NCBI GenBank assembly: GCA_964531385.1
Contig: CAZHGC010000005.1
Location: forward strand, 4,953 to 68,952
Length of the DNA stretch: 64,000 nucleotides
Origin: an uncultured Lachnospiraceae bacterium
Lineage (GTDB): Bacteria; Bacillota; Clostridia; Lachnospirales; CAG-274
Direction of reading: 5' to 3'
Below the pieces are notes generated by a model. The model saw only the letters and a program-made list of their open reading frames with translations. It made no database searches and had not been told where the DNA came from. The position numbers were made by a program, and so were the translations under genes. Of this stretch, positions 27,842 through 36,629 are shown one piece after another (position 1 is the stretch's first letter; each line of letters starts with the position of its first letter).

Positions 27842-28531
27842 ATGAATTTTTTTGCTATTTCTGATTTACATTTGAGTTTTTTTAAAGATAAGCCTATGGA
27901 TATTTTTGGCGATAATTGGAAAAATCATCACATTAAACTGAAGAAGAATTGGCTTGAAGTTGTTGGTGATGATGATTTTGTTTTTATTCCGGGGGATATA
28001 TCGTGGGCGAAATCTTTGGAGGAGTTTAAGCCTGATGTTGAATTTATCCACTCTTTGACAGGAAAAAAGATATTTTTGGCGGGAAATCACGATTATTGGT
28101 GGGGTTCGACAGCTGCACTTAATGAAATGTATGAGGATATGTTTTTTATGAAAAACACTTATGTTCCTTTTGATGATTTTGCTTTATGCGGAACAAGAGG
28201 GTGGCTTTGTCCGAACGACACTTTTTTTACTCCACACGATAAAAAAATTTATTTGAGGGAAGCGGGGCGGCTTGAACGCTCGCTTGATAGGGCTGTTTCG
28301 GCGGGGTTTGAAAAAATTATTGTTATGAATCATTATCCGCTGACAAACGATAAAAAGGAAAATTCACTTTTTATTGATATAATAAAAAAATATCCTGTTG
28401 AAAGAGTTATTTATGGTCATTTGCATGGAGAAAACAGCTTTTATTCAAGCTTTCAGGGGGTTGTTGACGGAATTGAATTTACTTTGGTTTCTTCTGATTA
28501 TTTGAATTTTATGCCTGTTAAAATTTTATAA
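27842..28531 (+). CDS. Metallophosphoesterase (calcineurin-like)
   Basis: SDLH, GDIS, GNHDYWW and GHLHG metal-ligand motifs in canonical order. Starts 11 nt after the SAS stop. Confidence 0.8.
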   Translation: MNFFAISDLHLSFFKDKPMDIFGDNWKNHHIKLKKNWLEVVGDDDFVFIPGDISWAKSLEEFKPDVEFIHSLTGKKIFLAGNHDYWWGSTAALNEMYEDMFFMKNTYVPFDDFALCGTRGWLCPNDTFFTPHDKKIYLREAGRLERSLDRAVSAGFEKIIVMNHYPLTNDKKENSLFIDIIKKYPVERVIYGHLHGENSFYSSFQGVVDGIEFTLVSSDYLNFMPVKIL

Positions 28532-28639
28532 AGTTCTTGACGTGCATATATTTTCTACTTATAATACTTATGAGGAAGCTGTTTGGCAATGATTTACAAC
28601 AGCGAATCATATTTTATTATTATGAAAGGAATTATTTTT

Positions 28640-29158
28640 ATGTCAAATCCTATTGTTACATTTGAAATGGAAAACGGTGATGTTTTTAAAGCAGAACTTT
28701 ATCCTGAAATTGCTCCTAACACTGTAAATAATTTTATAAGCCTTATAAATAAAAAATTTTATGACGGGCTTATTTTTCACAGAGTTATAAGCGGATTTAT
28801 GATTCAAGGCGGTTGTCCGGAGGGAACAGGAACAGGCGGACCGGGATACAGCATTAAAGGCGAGTTTTCAATGAACGGTTTTAAAAACGAACTTAAACAT
28901 ACAGAGGGCGTTTTGTCTATGGCAAGAGCATATCCTCCTGATTCTGCCGGTTCTCAATTTTTCGTTATGCACAAAACTTCACCTCATCTTGACGGCTCTT
29001 ATGCCGCTTTTGGAAAAGTTACTGAGGGTATGGATATTGTTAATAAAATTGCGGAAACCGCAACAGATTATAGCGACAGACCTTTGGAAGAGCAAAAAAT
29101 TAAAAGCGTTACGGTTGAGCTTTTTGGCGAAACATATGACGAGCCGGAAAAAGTTTGA
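28640..29158 (+). CDS. ppiB: Peptidyl-prolyl cis-trans isomerase, cyclophilin type
   Basis: FHRVISGFMIQGGCP...GTGGPGY...SMARA...SQFFV cyclophilin signature. ATG 28640 follows AAAGGA. Confidence 0.9.
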   Translation: MSNPIVTFEMENGDVFKAELYPEIAPNTVNNFISLINKKFYDGLIFHRVISGFMIQGGCPEGTGTGGPGYSIKGEFSMNGFKNELKHTEGVLSMARAYPPDSAGSQFFVMHKTSPHLDGSYAAFGKVTEGMDIVNKIAETATDYSDRPLEEQKIKSVTVELFGETYDEPEKV

Positions 29159-29230
29159 TTGTATTCGTTTGAGCTTTTGTGAAGTGGGCTATTATCTAAA
29201 AAGCTTGACGTTTGATTTTGTGTAAAAATT

Positions 29231-29277
29231 ATAGGCTAATGAGTTTGAAAAATTTTTCATACTTATTAGCCTATTTT
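29231..29277. terminator. Bidirectional terminator between ppiB and the Toprim-module
   Basis: ATAGGCTAAT(G/A)AGT...ACTTATTAGCCTAT followed by TTTTT on the plus strand. Confidence 0.7.
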
Positions 29278-29282
29278 TGCAA

Positions 29283-29975
29283 TTACATATTGTGCCAGCT
29301 TATAATTTCCTGTTCCAATTTACAGTTATTTTTTAGCATAAATTCCATAACTTCAGCGTAAAAATTATTTTTTATTAATGAGTTTGCTTTGATTTTATCG
29401 TTTTTTTCAAGTGGTTTGCAATATTTTTTGAAGTTTGTTAAATTTTCGATATTCATATTTAGGGGTGAAAAATTAATCCCTGTTTTTTCGATTAAATTTT
29501 TTAAAATGAAATATCCGTCTGGATCGATGTCGCCAAAGTGATACCATAAAATAGATTTATTAAATTTTGCAATTTTCTTCAAAAAATTTTGTTTTGCTGT
29601 GTTATGGTATCCGCTTAAATAAATAAATGTAGTTTGATTGTCATTAATTCTATTATACGAAGTTAGATTTTCAACTGTTACAATTTTGTTTGAATTGATT
29701 TTTATTGATTTTATTTGTTCAAGTGTTTCAGATGAAACCGCTATTGGGTTATTTTGAGTTATATTGATGAAATTTCCGTCAATATAATAAATCTCAACCT
29801 TTCCTTTGAAAAATATATACGACGGATTTGAAAAAATATGATATTCTTCGAGAATTGTCTGTTCTTTTTCTTTTTTCTCAAAGCAAGATAAATCTTGCTC
29901 AAATTTGCCATAATCTTCAATTATTTTGCAAATTCGAGATTTATAGCTGTTTTCAAAAAGCTTTGTATCTCCCAA
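29283..29975 (-). CDS. Toprim-like protein resembling the JetD C-terminal (DUF2220) / Topo VI-A Toprim domain
   Basis: 230 aa. ...KIVTVENLTSY... (Toprim Glu), ...YLSGYH..., ...WYHFGDIDPDGYFIL... (DxD) and ...PLNMN... match the ENxxxF / GG / WGDxDxxG / MD pattern of DUF2220. The only in-frame start is a TTG with a weak RBS, 55 nt inside the upstream ORF. Confidence 0.6.
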   Translation of the reverse strand: MGDTKLFENSYKSRICKIIEDYGKFEQDLSCFEKKEKEQTILEEYHIFSNPSYIFFKGKVEIYYIDGNFINITQNNPIAVSSETLEQIKSIKINSNKIVTVENLTSYNRINDNQTTFIYLSGYHNTAKQNFLKKIAKFNKSILWYHFGDIDPDGYFILKNLIEKTGINFSPLNMNIENLTNFKKYCKPLEKNDKIKANSLIKNNFYAEVMEFMLKNNCKLEQEIISWHNM

Positions 29976-30676
29976 AGTTGTTCCAATATAGCTATTATTT
30001 TGCCACGATATATATGAATATTATTTTGTGGTTTTGTTAGTCTTGCGTATTCTTTTATAAAATCGCCGTCACAATAAGCAATTATATTTTCTGTTAAACT
30101 TTCATAAGAAATTTCTTGCATAATTTTTTCGATTATTTTACGAATGTATGTTGACATTTTTTTTAAAGATTCAGAGAGAGATTTTGCATTTTTATAAACA
30201 TTTTTCAATGCACCAACATAAGGGTCACCATTCCATTGTTCTGTGTTTAATAAAGTGTTATAAATATTATACATATAGCTTGCAAGTTCTTCTCTTTCCG
30301 GACGTTCCAAGCGAAGCAATAATTCGGCAAGAAAAACCCCTTGTTCTGTCATTACTGTATATTTTTCAAAGGTTAATTCATCTATTTCTTCTTCAAGCCA
30401 GCCAACTTCTTTGTTTGAAAATTTTCGCAAATAATCGCTTGCCATATCTTGATAATTTTTATTAAGCATATCAATATCGGTTGTCAATTCTTTGGAATTT
30501 TCGGAAAGATAGTATGCCAATTCGTCTCGCAAAGCATTTCTTTTTATTCTGTATGATATTTCGTTATCATATTGTTTGTATATAAATCTTAGCAAGCTTG
30601 AATTTGTTTTATAATTGCTTCCGCTTGATAAAGGATTGAAGAAATTACTTGGAATTATATCAAAAACATTGTTCAT
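29921..30676 (-). CDS. Hypothetical helical protein (251 aa), partner of or N-terminal part of the Toprim-like protein
   Basis: ATG follows a GGCGGTGAG RBS. No motif I can assign. Overlaps the downstream ORF by 55 nt, with the downstream ORF in the -1 frame. Confidence 0.6.
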   Translation of the reverse strand: MNNVFDIIPSNFFNPLSSGSNYKTNSSLLRFIYKQYDNEISYRIKRNALRDELAYYLSENSKELTTDIDMLNKNYQDMASDYLRKFSNKEVGWLEEEIDELTFEKYTVMTEQGVFLAELLLRLERPEREELASYMYNIYNTLLNTEQWNGDPYVGALKNVYKNAKSLSESLKKMSTYIRKIIEKIMQEISYESLTENIIAYCDGDFIKEYARLTKPQNNIHIYRGKIIAILEQLWEIQSFLKTAINLEFAK

Positions 30677-30744
30677 TTTCTCACCGCCTTTTTTGTTTTG
30701 CCGGCAATTGGTAGTTGTTTAAAAGTTGTTTCAAAAAAATATTG

Positions 30745-30812
30745 ATTAAAAAAGGGCATAAATTTCACAAAATTATAAATAGAAAAGGTTAAAAGGGTGA
30801 AATTTATGTCCC
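30745..30812 (-). terminator. Rho-independent terminator of the radical-SAM operon
   Basis: Minus strand GGGACATAAATTTCAC...GTGAAATTTATGCCC followed by TTTTTT. Confidence 0.65.
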
Positions 30813-30861
30813 GAAAAGTTTGAAGTTTTGAATATTACTAATAAGCTGTTTTTGACGAATT

Positions 30862-31803
30862 TTATTTGCCGAAAACAGCCGAACCGTTTAAATAATTAAA
30901 TTTTTTGCCTTGATAAGCTCCTGTTTCAAGCATTCTGTTTTCTATTTCTTCTTTTATTTTCCACCAACCGGTGTTCCAATTTACAAAAAGCGAATTTTCT
31001 TTTGGAGCACGTCCAATAATTCTTTGAACGGAAATATCGGGGGAAAGATATTGAAGAAATGTAATTACACGATTTATATAATCTTCAAGCGAAAGCATTT
31101 CAAATTCGTTGTTTAAATATTGCTCTGCTATTTTAGTATTTTTCATAATGTACAATGCGTGCAGTTTAACGTGCGTTGAAGAAAGTGCCGAAATTATTTT
31201 TGCTGTTTCTATTACATCAAGCTCTGTATCCCAAGGTAGATTTAAAATAACATGAGTGCAGAGGTCGAAACCGCATTTTTTTATTTGCGATGCGGCATAA
31301 ACGTATTCTGCAAGAGAATGCCCACGATTTATTTTTTTTAGTGTGTGATAATTTGCGGTTTGCAAACCCAATTCCAATGTTATATTTATATTTGTTTGCT
31401 CTTTAAATTTTTTTAAAAAGTCCAAATATTTTTCATTTATACAATCCGGTCTTGTTGAAATAGATATATCAACGATATAGGGGAGGTTTGCATCGGATAT
31501 ATATTTTTTAAAATCATCAAGAGGCATAAATGTATTGGTATAATTTTGAAAATATGCAATAAATTTTTCTGCCTTATATTTATTTTTTATATATTCCATA
31601 TTTTTATTGAGTTGTTCGGAAACAGAGAGTGAATTTGACAAACATTCAAACCCTGCTGCCTCATCTCCGCAATATGTGCAACCCCCAAATCCGATTGTGC
31701 CGTTTCTGTTTGGACAAGTTATTGGCAAATTTATTGGCAATTTATAAACTTTTGAATTAAATTTATTTTTTAAATAATCGGAATATTTATAATAGAGCTC
31801 CAT
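30862..31803 (-). CDS. TIGR01212-family radical SAM protein (YhcC/YtqA-like)
   Basis: ...LPITCPNRNGTIGFGGCTYCG... is the family-typical cluster motif. The ATG at 31803 overlaps the upstream stop (TAATG). Confidence 0.85.
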   Translation of the reverse strand: MELYYKYSDYLKNKFNSKVYKLPINLPITCPNRNGTIGFGGCTYCGDEAAGFECLSNSLSVSEQLNKNMEYIKNKYKAEKFIAYFQNYTNTFMPLDDFKKYISDANLPYIVDISISTRPDCINEKYLDFLKKFKEQTNINITLELGLQTANYHTLKKINRGHSLAEYVYAASQIKKCGFDLCTHVILNLPWDTELDVIETAKIISALSSTHVKLHALYIMKNTKIAEQYLNNEFEMLSLEDYINRVITFLQYLSPDISVQRIIGRAPKENSLFVNWNTGWWKIKEEIENRMLETGAYQGKKFNYLNGSAVFGK

Positions 31804-32219
31804 TAGCAAATCACCAAATCTCTCAATTCATAGGGAATTGAGTCTATTGAAGCAGACATACTTAAAATGAACTCAACAGAATATTTTTGAGAAAGTTCTG
31901 AAAGTTTTTTTACAAATTTTTTTAAATCTTCATTGTCAAAGATTTGAAGAATTTGACAAATGCTATCGATATAAATTTTTTCGATATCATTATCTTGAGA
32001 AATCACACCGCAAATAAAGCCGAGCAATTCTCTGTAATTTGAAATTGGAAAATCAGACACTTCAACAAAACGAATATTGAAATGTAAACCAAACATATTT
32101 CGGTTATCGTTATCTATAAAAATAATATTTCCATGGGCTGTTTTTACAGCTTCATTTGCCATTTCAAGAATTTTTTTTGTTTTTCCGTCACCTTTTTCAC
32201 CTGTAAGTATACGAATCAT
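31803..32219 (-). CDS. Mini P-loop NTPase-like protein (138 aa), unknown family
   Basis: Walker A-like GEKGDGKT at residues 7-14 and Walker B-like IIFIDND. GAGGAG RBS. Its stop overlaps the radical-SAM start. Confidence 0.6.
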   Translation of the reverse strand: MIRILTGEKGDGKTKKILEMANEAVKTAHGNIIFIDNDNRNMFGLHFNIRFVEVSDFPISNYRELLGFICGVISQDNDIEKIYIDSICQILQIFDNEDLKKFVKKLSELSQKYSVEFILSMSASIDSIPYELRDLVIC

Positions 32220-32280
32220 ATAAATTCTCCTCTCAATAAATCCTGAAAAATTATTTTTTTGTTAATAATTTTTTATTGAC

Positions 32281-32325
32281 GAAACGCTGATTAATGGCTA
32301 AATTCAAAAAATTAATCAGCGTTTC
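32281..32325. repeat. Perfect 15-bp inverted repeat (GAAACGCTGATTAAT / ATTAATCAGCGTTTC), 15-nt loop
   Basis: Located between the prs-like stop and the P-loop gene start. No adjacent T-run on either strand. Confidence 0.7.
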
Positions 32326-32475
32326 AAAAATATAATTTTATACTTTATGTGTTCAAACTTAAAACAGGCAAACTTAAAGCAATACCGCATAATTTGATAT
32401 AGTGAGTTTAAAACTGTTAAATTATATTTTGGTGTTGCTTTTAATTTTATTTTTTAATTTTTTCTGAAAATCATA

Positions 32476-33597
32476 TTATTTGTTTAAAATTTTATTTATA
32501 CGATTTACAGGGTCTAAAAGTTCGCTTAATGTTTTATCAAAATTCAATGTTTCAATTATAAGAGCTATATATTTTGACATATCAACTTCGCAATACCAAG
32601 GTTTTTTAAGCAATTCAGGTGTTCTGTATGTTAAATTTGTTGTAAACACTTTATTTATGCTTCCGTTTTCATAAGCTTTATCAAATTTTTCGAAGCCATC
32701 AACAAAAAGACCGAATGTTATGAATGTATAAATATTTCTTGCTCCACGTTCTTTAAGTTTTGTTGAAACATCGATAATGGAATCGCCCGAAGCAATCATA
32801 TCATCAACGATTATTATATCTTTTCCTTCTATATTTCCGCCGAGGAAATCGTGGCTGACGATTGGATTTCTTCCGTTCACAATAGTTGAATAATCACGTC
32901 TTTTATAGAACATTCCGAGGTCAAGGCCCAAAATTGATGAATAATAAATACATCTTGACATTCCGCCTTCATCAGGTGAAACAATCATTAAATGTTCAGG
33001 GTCGATTTTTGCATCAGGGATATTTCTTACAAGAGCTTTTATCATTTGATAATAAGGTTGTACATTTTCGAAACCATTCAAAGGAACGGAATTTTGTACA
33101 CGAGGGTCATGTGCATCGAAAGTTACAATGCTGTCAACTCCCATCGCTGTAAGTTCTTTAAGTGCCATTGCACAATCAAGGGATTCTCTTGAATTTCTTT
33201 TATGTTGGCGAGATTCGTAAAGCATTGGCATAACAACTGTTATTCTTCTTGCTTTTCCGCCAATTGCCGCAATAACTCTCTTCAAATCTTGATAATGTTC
33301 ATCGGGGCTCATTCTGCGTTCAACGTTATACATTTTATATGTAACACCATAATTGAACACATCAACCAAGATATAAATATCAAACCCTCTGACAGATTGG
33401 TCGATTACACCTTTTGCTTCGCCTGTGCTAAAACGAGGACAATGTGCTTTAATTTGAAAAGTGTCAATTTTAAAATTAAATTTTTGTTCGTGCCACTCAA
33501 GAAGATATTTATCAATTTTGTTTCCGAGATCTTCGCAGCCTTTCATTGTTATAAGGCCAAGTTTTCCAACAGGGAGTTTTGTAGTTCTTAATTCCAT
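32476..33597 (-). CDS. prs: Ribose-phosphate pyrophosphokinase family protein, long (373 aa) variant
   Basis: PRPP-binding loop IIIVDDMIASGDS, with FSTGEAKG in place of FSDGE. About 55 aa longer than classical Prs. The start is uncertain because no RBS lies at proper spacing. Confidence 0.75.
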   Translation of the reverse strand: MELRTTKLPVGKLGLITMKGCEDLGNKIDKYLLEWHEQKFNFKIDTFQIKAHCPRFSTGEAKGVIDQSVRGFDIYILVDVFNYGVTYKMYNVERRMSPDEHYQDLKRVIAAIGGKARRITVVMPMLYESRQHKRNSRESLDCAMALKELTAMGVDSIVTFDAHDPRVQNSVPLNGFENVQPYYQMIKALVRNIPDAKIDPEHLMIVSPDEGGMSRCIYYSSILGLDLGMFYKRRDYSTIVNGRNPIVSHDFLGGNIEGKDIIIVDDMIASGDSIIDVSTKLKERGARNIYTFITFGLFVDGFEKFDKAYENGSINKVFTTNLTYRTPELLKKPWYCEVDMSKYIALIIETLNFDKTLSELLDPVNRINKILNK

Positions 33598-33846
33598 TGT
33601 ATTCGGCAGATGCCATTCGCTCCTTTTCGTATAAATAATTTGGTTTTTTATTTATGCAAAAGGCAAAAAATGTTGACTTTTGACATAACTAATTTTATTA
33701 TACAACATATTTCCGCAAATTTCAAATAAGTATTGGCTTTTTGAGAAAAAAATTTATTTTGGCATAATTGACAGGCAAATTTATGATTAAAATAACGTTG
33801 TATATTATATTTTTTTATTAATGGGCAGGCGAGGGGGATTTATTTG

Positions 33847-33899
33847 ACAAAAAAACAAGCATATAACAGATGTGACCACACATTTGTTATATGCTTGTT
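33847..33899 (-). terminator. Rho-independent terminator after the ylbF-like gene
   Basis: 21-bp stem AACAAGCATATAACA(G/A)ATGTG with a 4-nt loop, followed by T7 on the minus strand. Confidence 0.85.
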
Positions 33900-33905
33900 T
33901 TGCGT

Positions 33906-34247
33906 TTAAATATCGAAATCGAGAACGCATTCTGTTGTAATTCGATTATAGATATCACCGATTAGCTTAACAAGAATTTGTTCATTTTCGAGAAAAGTTT
34001 TTATATCATCATTTAATATTAAAGAGTGATATTTTTGGCTGACACTTTTTTCATAATCGAAAGCAATATTTTCGCCGTTATTTTTTCTTTTTTGAAAATC
34101 CATATGAATTTCTTTAAATTCACGAACTTTTTTACAAAGCTCAGGATTTTTTTTTATATTTTCTTTGGCTGACATATAATTTGTGTAACAAGGGCTTTCT
34201 TTTATTGCTTCTGTTAAGTTATCTGCCAATTCGAATAAATTATCCAT
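33906..34247 (-). CDS. YlbF/YmcA-family regulatory protein (UPF0342)
   Basis: 113 aa helical protein. The pattern ...LAD.L...I..S..Y..Y...K..I..NPEL..K...FK... is typical of the family. Confidence 0.7.
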   Translation of the reverse strand: MDNLFELADNLTEAIKESPCYTNYMSAKENIKKNPELCKKVREFKEIHMDFQKRKNNGENIAFDYEKSVSQKYHSLILNDDIKTFLENEQILVKLIGDIYNRITTECVLDFDI

Positions 34248-34326
34248 TGAAACACCTCACAAAAAAAGGTTGATGCAAACAATGCTTTTTGGAAATTTGT
34301 TTCCAACGCAATGAAACGCTTTATTA

Positions 34327-35997
34327 TTAAATATCCATAATTATTGGAAGAATCATTGGACTTCTTTTTGTTTTATGCCAAAGGAAATCACGCAATGTAT
34401 CTTTTATGAGAGTTTTTATATATGACCATTCATTTATATTTTTTTGCTCACATTTTGACAATGCTTCTTTTACAACATTTTTGGCTTCTTCCATAAGTTC
34501 TTCGGATTCACGAACATAAACAAAACCACGTGAAATTATATCCGGACCGGAAAGCATATGGCCTGTTTCTTTTTCCATTGAAACAACAACTATCATAAGA
34601 CCGTCTTGAGAGAGGTGTTTTCTATCACGAAGAACGATATTTCCAACATCTCCAACGCCAAGACCATCGACAAGAACTTGACCGGACGGAACAGTTCCTG
34701 TTATTTTTGCACTGTCTTTACCTATTTCAAGAACGTCACCTATTCCCATTAGGAAAATATTCTTTTTGTTCATTCCCATTGTTTGGGCGAGTTTTTCGTG
34801 TGCTTTTAAATGTTTATATTCGCCATGAACGGGAACGAAATATTTAGGTTTTAAAAGAGCGTGGAGAAGTTTTATTTCTTCTTGTCTTGCGTGCCCTGAA
34901 ACGTGGACGTCCATTATTCCGTCATAGATAACATCGGCACCTTTTTTCAAAAGTTCGTTTATAACTTTATATATGGCTTTTTCATTTCCGGGGATTGGGC
35001 TTGAGCTTATAATTATTTTATCGCCCGGTTTAACTTCAATTTGTTTATGGTCGTTTGATGCTATTCTTGAAAGGGCAGACATTGTTTCGCCCTGACTTCC
35101 GGTTGTTATTATAACAAGCTGATTATCTGTGTAATTTTTTATTTCGGTTATATCAATCATTGTGTTTTGAGGAACGTTTAAATAACCGAGTTCACAAGCT
35201 GTTTTAACAACGTTTGACATACTTCTTCCGACAACGGCAACTTTTCGTTTTCTTGCAGATGCGGAATTTATTATTTGCTGTATACGGTCTATATTTGAAG
35301 AGAACGTTGCGACGAGAATACGTTGGTTTTCGGAATCTTGAAAAATCTCTTCGAAAATTGCACCAACGCTTTTTTCGCTCATTGTATAACCGGGGTGTTC
35401 AACGTTTGTGCTTTCGCAAAGGAAAAGAAGAACACCTTTTTTGCCAAGTTCGGCAAATCTTTGCAAATCAATCATTTCGCCTTGTATTGGTGTGTAGTCG
35501 ATTTTGAAATCACCCGAATGGACAACAACACCGACAGGCGTTGTTATTGCAAAAGCGACCGAGTCAGCTATACTGTGATTTGTTCGTATAAATTCAACTT
35601 TAAAACAGCCGAGTTTTATTGTTTCGCCGGCAGAAACAGAAAAACGTTCAACTTTATTTAATATATTATGTTCTTTAAGTTTGTTTTCGACAAGTCCTAT
35701 TGTTAGTTTTGTTCCATATATTGGAACATTTATTTCTTTTAAGAAATATGGTAACCCTCCGATATGGTCTTCGTGACCATGGGTTAGAACAACACCTTTA
35801 ATTTTATCTTTGTTTTTAACAAGATAGGTATAATCGGGAATTACAAGATCTATTCCCAACATATCATCTTCCGGAAAGGCAATGCCACAATCAACTATTA
35901 CAATTTCATTATTATATTCAAACGCAGTTATATTTTTTCCGATTTCGTGTAGTCCGCCCAAAGGTATGACTTTGAGCTTTGAATTTTTGCCTGCCAA
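34327..35997 (-). CDS. rnj: Ribonuclease J
   Basis: 556 aa. The beta-lactamase motif THGHEDHIGG, a beta-CASP region and the N-terminus KLKVIPLGGLHEIGKN are typical RNase J. TTG start follows GGAGGTG. Confidence 0.95.
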   Translation of the reverse strand: MAGKNSKLKVIPLGGLHEIGKNITAFEYNNEIVIVDCGIAFPEDDMLGIDLVIPDYTYLVKNKDKIKGVVLTHGHEDHIGGLPYFLKEINVPIYGTKLTIGLVENKLKEHNILNKVERFSVSAGETIKLGCFKVEFIRTNHSIADSVAFAITTPVGVVVHSGDFKIDYTPIQGEMIDLQRFAELGKKGVLLFLCESTNVEHPGYTMSEKSVGAIFEEIFQDSENQRILVATFSSNIDRIQQIINSASARKRKVAVVGRSMSNVVKTACELGYLNVPQNTMIDITEIKNYTDNQLVIITTGSQGETMSALSRIASNDHKQIEVKPGDKIIISSSPIPGNEKAIYKVINELLKKGADVIYDGIMDVHVSGHARQEEIKLLHALLKPKYFVPVHGEYKHLKAHEKLAQTMGMNKKNIFLMGIGDVLEIGKDSAKITGTVPSGQVLVDGLGVGDVGNIVLRDRKHLSQDGLMIVVVSMEKETGHMLSGPDIISRGFVYVRESEELMEEAKNVVKEALSKCEQKNINEWSYIKTLIKDTLRDFLWHKTKRSPMILPIIMDI

Positions 35998-36302
35998 ATA
36001 AACACCTCCTATAATTATTGAAAATTTATATAATTTTGTTTTGGAATGTTGCCAGTTCTAAAATGGTTCAACAAATTTATTCGATATTTTTATTTATTGG
36101 CAACAAATTACAAAATTATAATTAATTTTGACAGTTTTATTTTTAATTTTAACTAAAAAGAACATTACAATATTTTTTTGCATAACTAAAAAACGTGCCT
36201 TTGGGCAAATTTATTTAAAAATCACATATAAAATTAGCTGAAAAAGATTTGAAAAATTGCAAAGAGCAATAATAATTTTATAAAAGCCGGTTAATTTTTT
36301 AA

Positions 36303-36617
36303 TTAAAAGTTCATTTCATAATCAGAGTCATTATCTTGAAGCAGAATGCTTACTTTGTTAAACTCTTTATCATCTTCAACGAATTCATAATAGGCATCTT
36401 CATTATTTGAAGATATTTCTTTTAAAATTGCCGCTTCGGGTTCGTCCAAATCAACATCTTCGGCAGAAACAACAAGAAGATATTTTGTTTTATCAATTTC
36501 AATTGCATCTATAACGACAAAATCGGTTTCGACACCGTCTTCGTCTGTCATTGTTATAGTTTCATAAACTTCGTCTTCTTCAAAAAAATTATCTAATTCA
36601 TCGTTTTTGTTTTCCAT
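36303..36617 (-). CDS. DUF1292 (UPF0473) acidic protein
   Basis: ITMTDEDGVE..F.VID.IE....KYLLV pattern. Conserved position downstream of ruvX. Confidence 0.8.
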   Translation of the reverse strand: MENKNDELDNFFEEDEVYETITMTDEDGVETDFVVIDAIEIDKTKYLLVVSAEDVDLDEPEAAILKEISSNNEDAYYEFVEDDKEFNKVSILLQDNDSDYEMNF

Positions 36618-36629
36618 AAAAATCTCCCA

